From positions 3,211 to 67,210 of the forward strand of contig JAFYXG010000007.1 of NCBI GenBank assembly GCA_017546265.1: a stretch of DNA of 64,000 nucleotides. The letters run 5' to 3'. The stretch is from Alphaproteobacteria bacterium. Lineage in GTDB: Bacteria; Pseudomonadota; Alphaproteobacteria; Rs-D84. Under the pieces are notes generated by a model. That model was given only the letters and a program-made list of their open reading frames with translations, was not told where the DNA came from and searched no databases. The stretch's first letter is position 1, and each line of letters starts with the position of its first letter. Below are positions 38,858-46,379 of this stretch, one piece after another. The translations under genes were made by a program, and so were the position numbers.

Positions 38858-39222
38858 AGCAATTGACCGACCAAGATATTGCCAAAATGATTGGCACAGA
38901 ATTCACCCCTGATGACAAACAAACCCGCAATCGCGTTCGTTCTGAACTGCACCTGTCAACACGCATCCCAAATAAACGCCCCACTCCATCGCACACAACG
39001 CTGGATTTGCATCAGTTAACCGAAGAACAAGCATGGACTGCAATTATGAACGTTGCACAATCTGGCACACGCACTGCAACCATAATCACTGGTGCCAGCG
39101 GCATTCTAAGAATCAAGTTCATTCAATGGGCCCGCGACAGTCTGCTGACCCCATATTTAATTTCATACACCCCAATAAACAACGGCAGTTTTTCCGTAAA
39201 GTTCAAAAAGCAAGGCAAATAA
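38854..39222 (+). CDS. Smr-domain protein
   Basis: TLDLHQLTEEQAW...ATIITGASG. The ATG overlaps the prmC stop by 4 nt. Confidence 0.7.
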   Translation: MKQLTDQDIAKMIGTEFTPDDKQTRNRVRSELHLSTRIPNKRPTPSHTTLDLHQLTEEQAWTAIMNVAQSGTRTATIITGASGILRIKFIQWARDSLLTPYLISYTPINNGSFSVKFKKQGK

Positions 39223-39225
39223 AAA

Positions 39226-40146
39226 TCATCGCCCGATGTATTTCTGCGGATTTTGGGCCGCCCCGTTGCACAAGATAGCATAATGCAAATGTGGCCCAGT
39301 TGACTGCCCTGTACTGCCAGATTTTCCGATTAAGCAGCCTGCTTCAACCTGTTGTCCAACCTGCACCAATTGCGTATCCAGATGGCAATATACGGTTTCA
39401 TAACCATCGCTATGTCGAATTCGAATTCCACGTCCACAGATATCATCTGTCCAAACCCTTGCCACGACACCAGAAGCGGTTGTAAAGACATCTGTTCCAC
39501 GCGGGACACCAAAGTCAACCGCCTTGTGATTATGTCTATTCCCTGTTATCGGATGGACACGTACACCATACGGCGATGTAATCACCGGTTTTCCACGCAA
39601 CGGTTCCCCAAATGGTTTATTCTGTCCCTCTGAAATAGTCTCTTGTCGCAGAGAACAACTATTTGATATATTTTCATTTTTCTTTATTCCTGGCTTAACC
39701 GATGACGAACCTGGATGTAGTGTTTTTTCCCCCTGGACTGATGGGGCCAAAATTACAAAATTATCCTGCTTTTTTTCCTGAGGCTTTTTATCGGCATTTA
39801 CAACAGGCTTCTTGTCATCTTCGGCCCACGGCCACTCACCAGAATCTTTTAATTGCTGAATTGCTAAATCTGTTTGTCTTTGTAAATACGCGACTTCTTC
39901 TTCCAGTGTCATCCCCGGGTATGCACACCCACTTATACAGCGTCCAGATGAATCGTATTCGGATTCCCACGCTTCATACCCCTGAGCCAAAACCTGTGTC
40001 CGTTGAACAAAGGACGTATCCTGAATAGTACTGGGGAACTTTTGTGGTGTTAAAAAACTTTTTGTGGCACGCATTATTGCCCCGGTCGGTCCCGCCAAGG
40101 CACACCCACACCAGATAAACCATAAAACTCCAAGCCACACCCTCAT
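39226..40146 (-). CDS. M23 (LytM) family metallopeptidase
   Basis: Signal peptide. The LytM domain has HKAVDFGVPRGT and GPHLHYAI. Confidence 0.85.
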   Translation of the reverse strand: MRVWLGVLWFIWCGCALAGPTGAIMRATKSFLTPQKFPSTIQDTSFVQRTQVLAQGYEAWESEYDSSGRCISGCAYPGMTLEEEVAYLQRQTDLAIQQLKDSGEWPWAEDDKKPVVNADKKPQEKKQDNFVILAPSVQGEKTLHPGSSSVKPGIKKNENISNSCSLRQETISEGQNKPFGEPLRGKPVITSPYGVRVHPITGNRHNHKAVDFGVPRGTDVFTTASGVVARVWTDDICGRGIRIRHSDGYETVYCHLDTQLVQVGQQVEAGCLIGKSGSTGQSTGPHLHYAILCNGAAQNPQKYIGR

Positions 40147-40250
40147 ACAGAAAATTATATCACACAGACCAATAAAAAAGAATATTTTTCATGACAGGCC
40201 GGCAATTTTTTGCTAATACTTTGTTCAAGACTTATCAGGAAATAAATACT

Positions 40251-41195
40251 ATGCCAAATATCAAGACCATCTATGACCACATTCGCCAAAATAATATCAA
40301 GACGATATTATTGGTGCTTTTATTTCCCGTGCTGTTTTTGGGCATTATATTTCTGTTTATGTCAATAATAATGGACACTTCTGCCGATGCATTGGCCATA
40401 ACGGCAACGGTCGCCATACCAACACTGATTATTTCCTGCATTTGGATGCTGATATCATGGGCATTTGGCGATTCCATGATATTAAACATGGCGGGTGCCC
40501 ACGAAATATTACCAGACGACAAAAAAAATCGCGAAATTTTTCGCAACGTTGAAAATGTTGCACTGGCGGCCGGTCTGCCCACTCCACGTGTATATATCAT
40601 AGAAGACAATTCTTTGAACGCATTTGCCACGGGCCGCACCCCACGCGATGCCTCTGTTACCCTGACCCGTGGTATAATAAACAAATTGGATTCTGCTGAA
40701 TTATCTGGTGTAATTGCCCACGAAATGGCACACATTGGCAATCGCGACATACGACTGGACATGCTGATAATAACAGGACTTGGGGTAACGGTTTTTGCGG
40801 CTGACCTGCTGCTTCGCAGTGCCATACACAGTGGCCACACATCCAACAATCGGGACGAAAACAAGACGGACGCAATCATCCTTATGTTATGGCTGGCATT
40901 TTCTGCATTTAATCTGATTATTGCCCCGATAATACAAATGGCCATATCCCGCAATCGCGAATACGCAGCCGATTCGACTGGTGCCTTTATCACCCGCAAT
41001 CCGACCGCCCTGGCATCGGCACTACGGAAAATCAGTGGCGACTCGCACATCCCCAGTCTGAATAACTCCAGGGGCGTATCCGCGATATGTATTGCGAATC
41101 CTGGTCGCACACGTGCATTTTCAGAATCACTGATGTCCACACACCCTCCCGTAGAAAAGCGGATTCAACGTCTGGAATCCATGACAATCAAATAA
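40251..41195 (+). CDS. htpX: HtpX-like M48 membrane zinc protease
   Basis: Four TM segments and HEMAHIGNRD (HExxH). The start is set at MPNIKTIYDH (40251). Confidence 0.9.
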   Translation: MPNIKTIYDHIRQNNIKTILLVLLFPVLFLGIIFLFMSIIMDTSADALAITATVAIPTLIISCIWMLISWAFGDSMILNMAGAHEILPDDKKNREIFRNVENVALAAGLPTPRVYIIEDNSLNAFATGRTPRDASVTLTRGIINKLDSAELSGVIAHEMAHIGNRDIRLDMLIITGLGVTVFAADLLLRSAIHSGHTSNNRDENKTDAIILMLWLAFSAFNLIIAPIIQMAISRNREYAADSTGAFITRNPTALASALRKISGDSHIPSLNNSRGVSAICIANPGRTRAFSESLMSTHPPVEKRIQRLESMTIK

Positions 41196-41232
41196 CTAAC
41201 AAGAATATAAAAAGGTAAAGAAAGGTAAAAAA

Positions 41233-41811
41233 ATGGCAAATCTTCATTTTCACTATGGCGTAATGAGCAGTTCAAAATCCGCGGCTCTTATTATTACTGC
41301 ATACAATTTCACCAAGAACGGCACCACGACCGAGGTTATAAAACCATCATTTGACACCCGTTTTTCAAATTCTAAAATTGTGTCCCGAATTGGTTTATCC
41401 TGTCCTGCGATTGCCATGAAGAATTTAGGCGGCTATATACCGAATGCAAACACGCGTGTCATATTGGTTGATGAAGTCCAATTTTTCAGTCCATCTGACA
41501 TAGACAGACTGGTACACATTGCCGACACAGAAAACAAAATAGTTATGTGTTATGGCCTGATGGTTGACAGCAATCAACAGATATTTCCAGCCTCTCGCCG
41601 TTTGATAGAAGTTGGTGCCAAACTGCATCGCATGGAATCTCCATGTCAAATAAATGGTTGCACACGTCTGGCGACTCACCATTTACGCTTTGATTCACAT
41701 GGCAACGTGATACATGCTGGCGAGCAATTTGCTCTGGGCGACAGCAATTTCAAATCGGTTTGTCGTCTTCACTATAACGAAATCTATAACCAGAAAAACA
41801 AAATAAGATAA
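41233..41811 (+). CDS. tdk: Thymidine kinase (type II)
   Basis: LHFHYGVMSSSKSAALI aligns to LYFYYSAMNAGKSTALL of E. coli Tdk, recalled from memory. VDEVQFF and a C-terminal Zn ribbon (C..C...CRLHY) are present. The P-loop has SKS instead of GKS/T. Confidence 0.85.
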   Translation: MANLHFHYGVMSSSKSAALIITAYNFTKNGTTTEVIKPSFDTRFSNSKIVSRIGLSCPAIAMKNLGGYIPNANTRVILVDEVQFFSPSDIDRLVHIADTENKIVMCYGLMVDSNQQIFPASRRLIEVGAKLHRMESPCQINGCTRLATHHLRFDSHGNVIHAGEQFALGDSNFKSVCRLHYNEIYNQKNKIR

Positions 41812-41865
41812 AAAAATTATTTTTACTTGCATTTTGAATAAAAAGGTATAAAATAATAATCCGTT

Positions 41866-41942
41866 GCATCCATAGCTTAACTGGATAAAGCATCTGACTA
41901 CGGATCAGAAGACTGAGGGTTCGAATCCTTCTGGATGCGCCA
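41866..41942 (+). tRNA. tRNA-Arg (anticodon ACG)
   Basis: GCATCCATAGCTTAACTGGATAAAGCATCTGACTACGGATCAGAAGACTGAGGGTTCGAATCCTTCTGGATGCGCCA. It folds into a cloverleaf by hand with loop CTACGGA and an encoded CCA. Confidence 0.95.
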
Positions 41943-42200
41943 GAATTAATAAAAAGATGTCGCCTTGTGCGGCATTTTTTTATTAACTGTGTGTCAGCAC
42001 AGGGATTTGAACCCGAGCAGAGGGTTCGAGCCGCAGGCGAAAGGGGCCCGCCGCAAAACGGTGGGAATTACAATCCTTCTGGATGCACCAGATTTAATGA
42101 AAAATGTCGCCATTGTGCGGCATTTTTTATTAAACCGTGTGTTAAACACGGGGGGGGATTTGAGCCCCCGGGGTTCGAGCCGAAAGTTGGCGAAAACAAA
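41924..42200 (+). repeat. Two-unit tandem repeat of about 148 bp, each unit starting with the last 19 nt of tRNA-Arg
   Basis: AATCCTTCTGGATGCGCCA (41924-41942) recurs as AATCCTTCTGGATGCACCA (42072-42090). The downstream terminator hairpin, a second hairpin and a GGATTTGA[AG]CCC...GGGTTCGAGCCG...GGCGAAA segment are also repeated with scattered substitutions and indels. Confidence 0.85.
41957..41982 (+). terminator. Rho-independent terminator of tRNA-Arg
   Basis: ATGTCGC-CTTGT-GCGGCAT followed by T7. A second copy lies at 42104-42128. Confidence 0.75.
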
Positions 42201-42271
42201 TGCCCATACAACACAACAACTATCTAAAGCTATACAATCATATTAAAACACCGCCCAACGGCAGTATTTTT

Positions 42272-43156
42272 TTATACAACCCTACGTCTGATACCACTGA
42301 ACATGGCGAACCCCAACAACAACACCATAATAAAAACAAACACAGCGGTCGCAGTCTGTTCATATTCTGCAAACGGCAGATTCAAATTCATACCATAATA
42401 TCCAACAATAACCGTTGGCACCACCAATATAATATTCCACATAGTCAAGCGGTTAATATTGGTATTCGAATCCATATTAATAACACTTTCAAACGTTTCT
42501 TTGATTGCCTTTAACATTTTACTGTACGAAGTCACCACTTCGGTTGCCTGAGCCAACTCGATTCTTGCATCCTCGGCCAGTTCTTGTGCCTCTTCGGACT
42601 TAACAAATCCCCGCATTTTTTCCAGTTTATCCATCACAGCGACATTACCCTTGATTCCGGCCATATACAGGGTATAACTGTTTTCCACCTCTAACAAATC
42701 CAGCAATTCTTTTTTTCTGATACGTTCTTGCAATATTCGCTTTGATGCCAAAACACGTTTATTCAATTCCTTTAACATACGCAGATACGATTCCGCGATA
42801 TAGTACATGATATTCAGAATAAATTCTTCACGCGATGTTTTTTCAGACTTTTTAATACGATCCAACAAATCACAACGCTTTCTGCACACAGTAATAACAC
42901 GATTTGGTTCCAAAATAATTGACAACGGTTCTGTATGCCACAACGTATCAGATTCACGGTTTATAATTGGGAAACGAACAATTATAACCTTATAATCATC
43001 TTCTACCTCTAACCTAGGTTGTTCATCTGGGTCCAAGATATCCGAGATTGTATCTTCGTCAATTTTATATTCGTTTTGCAGTTTTTCAAAATCTTCATGA
43101 TCAGGGTTTCCGACATTTACCCAAGAGAATGTCTTTAATTTTTCAGTCACAAACAT
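42272..43156 (-). CDS. corA: CorA-family divalent cation transporter
   Basis: The C-terminus has two TM helices and the GMN motif (VGYYGMNLNLPF). Confidence 0.85.
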   Translation of the reverse strand: MFVTEKLKTFSWVNVGNPDHEDFEKLQNEYKIDEDTISDILDPDEQPRLEVEDDYKVIIVRFPIINRESDTLWHTEPLSIILEPNRVITVCRKRCDLLDRIKKSEKTSREEFILNIMYYIAESYLRMLKELNKRVLASKRILQERIRKKELLDLLEVENSYTLYMAGIKGNVAVMDKLEKMRGFVKSEEAQELAEDARIELAQATEVVTSYSKMLKAIKETFESVINMDSNTNINRLTMWNIILVVPTVIVGYYGMNLNLPFAEYEQTATAVFVFIMVLLLGFAMFSGIRRRVV

Positions 43157-43267
43157 GCATTCCCCTTTTTGTTTATATTTTTGACAATGATAATCTAAAA
43201 CAAAAACATTTTCAATAAAATCCTGGGAAAAGAAATCCGTATTTTAGCGACAAACACCTGTGATAAA

Positions 43268-43282
43268 CTGAATATCATTCAG
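43268..43282. promoter_or_regulatory. Perfect 15 bp palindrome CTGAAT-ATC-ATTCAG just upstream of the RBS of the 43293 gene
   Basis: Read directly. It abuts GAGGG (43282-43286) and ATG 43293. Confidence 0.3.
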
Positions 43283-43292
43283 AGGGTTAAAA

Positions 43293-43739
43293 ATGGCAAA
43301 AAAATTTACTACAAATACAAATTCGTTTACAATTGCACACTATATTTTACTGTTTATGGTAACAATAACCTGCATTGGTATAATTGCCTGGGTTATGATA
43401 AATCGTGACAACCCCGCTCCTGAAAATAATGTACACAGCTCCATTATACATGCTAAAAATTCAGACCCATGCGTAAAACGTGTCACAGAAACTATTGAAC
43501 GCATGTGGGAATTCAGTCCCGAATCAGTTCCCCAAAAATATTGGTCAATTGCCATGGCCTATATAAATCAGCCAATAATATCCCGCACCTATGGCATCTG
43601 CATGGACGCAGCATTCACATGCCGTCCTGGCCAGCTATTACGCGACTGTGATCCATGTGCGATACCATCTGCCCGATCGTACGCTCAACAGATTCACATT
43701 GCCGATATGATTTCCGCCAACTGCAACCAAACAGAATAA
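43293..43739 (+). CDS. Membrane-anchored hypothetical protein with Cys-containing extracytoplasmic domain
   Basis: 148 aa with one TM segment (ILLFMVTITCIGIIAWVMI) and 7 Cys. I recognise no family. Confidence 0.55.
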   Translation: MAKKFTTNTNSFTIAHYILLFMVTITCIGIIAWVMINRDNPAPENNVHSSIIHAKNSDPCVKRVTETIERMWEFSPESVPQKYWSIAMAYINQPIISRTYGICMDAAFTCRPGQLLRDCDPCAIPSARSYAQQIHIADMISANCNQTE

Positions 43740-43744
43740 CAAAA

Positions 43745-43762
43745 ACCGCCCCAAATGGCGGT
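43745..43762. terminator. Bidirectional stem-loop terminator
   Basis: ACCGCC-CCAAAT-GGCGGT, flanked by A5 and T4. Confidence 0.7.
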
Positions 43763-43802
43763 TTTAAAATTCATAGTTACCATACAAAGCCCTGGCGAAG
43801 TA

Positions 43803-43879
43803 TGGTCGGGGTGACAGGATTCGAACCTGCGACCCCTTGCACCCCATGCAAGTACTCTACCAGGCTGAGCTACACCCCG
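43803..43879 (-). tRNA. tRNA-Pro (anticodon GGG)
   Basis: Reverse complement CGGGGTGTAGCTCAGCCTGGTAGAGTACTTGCATGGGGTGCAAGGGGTCGCAGGTTCGAATCCTGTCACCCCGACCA, with loop ATGGGGT and an encoded CCA. Confidence 0.95.
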
Positions 43880-44022
43880 ACAACGCACAGATATTAAACC
43901 CTTAGTGCGAAAATTACAAATACTTTTTTTGGGAAAAGACACAAGTTGTTATTTATTCATCACCTATATACCATTTACATTGTCCGGACAAGATAAAACA
44001 AACAACATAAAAAGGAAGAGAA

Positions 44023-44127
44023 ATGTCAAAATCAGAAAACAAACCATGCAAATGCAAAAACTGCGGAAACACCTACGGTGAAAAATGTGACAAATCACCA
44101 GATAAAAAGGCATCATGTCCAAAATAA
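44023..44127 (+). CDS. Small Cys/Lys-rich peptide (34 aa), not in ORF track
   Basis: My translation is MSKSENKPCKCKNCGNTYGEKCDKSPDKKASCPK. There is a strong SD (AAAAGGAAGAGAA-ATG) and a stem-loop terminator immediately downstream (44132-44151). Confidence 0.55.
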   Translation: MSKSENKPCKCKNCGNTYGEKCDKSPDKKASCPK

Positions 44128-44131
44128 ATCG

Positions 44132-44151
44132 ACCGCCCAATTGGGCGGTTT
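44132..44151 (+). terminator. Stem-loop terminator after the small peptide gene
   Basis: ACCGCCC-AATT-GGGCGGT followed by TTT. Confidence 0.65.
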
Positions 44152-44234
44152 ATAATTCATTCATTTTATGCTTGCACGAATCGGATAAATATTACTAGTA
44201 TTCCTTATCAAAACATATACCAAGGGAGTTATCC

Positions 44235-44612
44235 GTGATAATTGGGACAGGGATTGATTTAGTTGAATGCGACCGCTTTTTGGATTGGTCTGCATTTAAG
44301 AAACAGCGTATTTTCACAAAAAAAGAATTAGAATATGCAGACAACGACAACGCAAATTCGGAACGTCATTTGGCAAACTTTTGGGCGGCCCGCGAAGCAT
44401 TTCTAAAGGCAATCGGCACAGGTTTTGGCGAAGACATTACATTTGCCGATGTATCTGTCGCCCACAATGACGCCGGCCGTCCTGAATTGGTAATTACTGG
44501 TGGTGCAAAAAACGCATTAAAAGAAATGTACGATGGTCCAACAAACCTGCACCTATCTATTTCCGACCAAGGGGAATACTGCATTGCCATGGTTATAGTT
44601 GAATCCAAATAA
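44235..44612 (+). CDS. acpS: Holo-[acyl-carrier-protein] synthase
   Basis: IIGTGIDLVECDRF..., FAAREAFLKA-type block (WAAREAFLKAIGTG) and a GTG start with a GGGAG SD. Confidence 0.9.
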   Translation: MIIGTGIDLVECDRFLDWSAFKKQRIFTKKELEYADNDNANSERHLANFWAAREAFLKAIGTGFGEDITFADVSVAHNDAGRPELVITGGAKNALKEMYDGPTNLHLSISDQGEYCIAMVIVESK

Positions 44613-44640
44613 AAACGGCCCCAAACGGGGCCATTTATTT

Positions 44641-45204
44641 TCAAGATTCGTCATCTTCGCCGATTTCGTCATCATCAACATCAACGGCATTTAAATCAAT
44701 TTCTTTTGGAATTCCCAAAATATCTTCAATTTTTTCAGATGCTGAATCCAAGTCCATTTTATGCAGAACTGCAAATTCCTGGGCCATACGTTCCAACGCA
44801 CGCAAATATAACTGACGTGCAGAAAACGTCATTGTATCTGCGGCGGTTCTACGTTGCAAATCACGCACCACCTCGGCCAACTTCATAGGGTCGCCCGAAT
44901 TTATGTTTTCTTCATACTGTGCAGCCCGTCTGGCCCAAATCATACGTTTGGCCCCTGCCTTGCCCTTGGCCGAAGCGATTGCTTCATCCATTTTCTTGGC
45001 ACTGGTCAACGGCCGCAGTCCTGAAATTTCCGCCCGTTCAATCGGCACACGCAACGTCATATGATTACGTTCAAAATCTATGACCAGCATTTTTATCTTT
45101 TGTCCACCAACGGTTTGCTCTTCTATCCGCAGCAACTTTCCAACACCCTGTGTTGGATAAACGACATACTGACCTGTTTTAAAATCTAATTTTTTACTTG
45201 GCAT
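44641..45204 (-). CDS. carD: CarD/CdnL-family RNA polymerase-binding transcription factor
   Basis: FKTGQYVVYPTQGVGKLLRIEEQTVGGQ... (CarD_CdnL_TRCF N-domain) and an acidic C-terminal tail. The start is set at MPSKK (45204). Confidence 0.85.
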   Translation of the reverse strand: MPSKKLDFKTGQYVVYPTQGVGKLLRIEEQTVGGQKIKMLVIDFERNHMTLRVPIERAEISGLRPLTSAKKMDEAIASAKGKAGAKRMIWARRAAQYEENINSGDPMKLAEVVRDLQRRTAADTMTFSARQLYLRALERMAQEFAVLHKMDLDSASEKIEDILGIPKEIDLNAVDVDDDEIGEDDES

Positions 45205-45322
45205 TATGGATACCCTTTTACGGTTGCCATTCTCTCTGTACGGCACATTATATCACAAAAAAAGGTAAAAAACAAATAAATGACACAAAAAAAGAAATCC
45301 GGGCAAATCACCCGGACATTTT

Positions 45323-45877
45323 TTATCTTCTAATGGCACGAATCGTACCCGTTCTGCGAATTGCGGATCCGCGATTGACACCCGCAGGGTCCGAAGGCGA
45401 CACACACTCCCACTTACCATCTTTTAAAATCGCAGACTTACCATCTTCACACTTTGGCTTTTCCAAACGCCATGCAAAGCAACTGCCTTTTTGGTACGAT
45501 TGATATGTCGAATCATTGTCACCACCGCGTGTATACGCACCATACTCGGGATTCCATTCACCGCGTGGTTCACCACTGCACCACTTGCGTTCACCCCAAC
45601 ATTCAATACATTTAGGGGTCGGCTTACCTGCATCACACAACCGCATAACATCGGCGGACATTTGATAACCACTGTTTGCCCGATTATCTTTTCCCATAGG
45701 TTTACCCGTTTCCAAATCACGGCACCACAATTTCTGACATTCTGCGGCAGGAATATCATCTATATTCTTTCGAGATTCGACCAAGACATATCCCGGTCCA
45801 CATGATGTAAACTTTTCAGCCATGGCCGGCACTGCGACCACAGCAAACAAAACAAAAAACAAAATTCTTTTTCTCAT
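45323..45877 (-). CDS. Secreted Cys-rich hypothetical protein
   Basis: The signal peptide MRKRILFFVLFAVVAVPAMA closely resembles that of the 5230 gene. There are 13 Cys in the mature part. I recognise no family. Confidence 0.65.
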   Translation of the reverse strand: MRKRILFFVLFAVVAVPAMAEKFTSCGPGYVLVESRKNIDDIPAAECQKLWCRDLETGKPMGKDNRANSGYQMSADVMRLCDAGKPTPKCIECWGERKWCSGEPRGEWNPEYGAYTRGGDNDSTYQSYQKGSCFAWRLEKPKCEDGKSAILKDGKWECVSPSDPAGVNRGSAIRRTGTIRAIRR

Positions 45878-45946
45878 GCTTTATATTGTACAATATTTAT
45901 GTTTTTTTAACAAGACAAAAAAACACCCGTTTCCGGGTGTACTTTA

Positions 45947-46378
45947 TTACTGTCCCAATCCTGCTGGGCTAAACCGTCCAATATTATTAAACAGTTCTTC
46001 CAACGCATTCAGTTCAATTGCCGCAGGGATTTCAGTTTCACCTTTGGCCAATTTCACATCGGGCAAATCCGCATCGTGCAAAACCTGGGTTTTCAGCACT
46101 TGATTCCCCTTGACCCATACCAACAACACAGTTTCATCCGTAAACGTAGGTGCCAATGGTCCGCGATAGTTTTCTTCGGCTCCGAAATAAACCCACACTT
46201 CGTCCCCATATACGGTTTTCACCTGCGGTGCACCGATATTTTCTATCAGTGCAGTGGTTGTTTTAATATTTGCAACCTGACTTTCCAGTTTATCAGGAAA
46301 CACATATCCACGATGCTTTGTCTGGAACGTACAGCCGACCAAAGCCATCGCACAACACAACATAAATATTTTTTTCAT
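45947..46378 (-). CDS. bamE: Outer-membrane assembly lipoprotein BamE (SmpA/OmlA family)
   Basis: MKKIFMLCCAMALVGC (lipobox LVGC) followed by HRGYVFPDKLESQV...IGAPQVKTVYGDEVWVYF. The start lies 1 nt after the nifJ stop. Confidence 0.7.
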   Translation of the reverse strand: MKKIFMLCCAMALVGCTFQTKHRGYVFPDKLESQVANIKTTTALIENIGAPQVKTVYGDEVWVYFGAEENYRGPLAPTFTDETVLLVWVKGNQVLKTQVLHDADLPDVKLAKGETEIPAAIELNALEELFNNIGRFSPAGLGQ

Positions 46379-46379
46379 T

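Noticed and set aside
40271-41140. 289 aa minus-strand ORF antisense to htpX. Similar long shadow ORFs: 34828..35367, 58825..59637, 11510..12211, 53928..54506, 54524..55066, 49539..50129 and 58236..58706
   Set aside because: Each lies entirely inside, and antisense to, a gene with clear family motifs (HtpX, ClpX, EF-Ts, autotransporter, EnvC-like, PFOR). Their sequences are low-complexity or Cys/His/Ser-rich, typical of antisense frames. None has an SD.
41924-42200. CRISPR array
   Set aside because: There are only two long (about 148 bp) adjacent units with no unique spacers, no short 25-40 bp repeats, and no cas genes in the window.
41965-42514. ORFs 41965..42246, 41967..42227 and 42200..42514 in the tRNA-Arg downstream region
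   Set aside because: They run through the tandem repeat and terminator hairpins or antisense to corA. Two of them overlap in different frames, and none has an SD.
43157-43292. Mg2+ riboswitch (M-box) in the corA leader
   Set aside because: The leader is only about 135 nt, AT-rich and lacks the multi-helix M-box architecture. The only notable element is a 15 bp palindrome nearer the divergent gene.
43655-43942. ORFs 43655..43897 (+) and 43694..43942 (-)
   Set aside because: Both run across the tRNA-Pro(GGG) gene and its terminator, so they are spurious.
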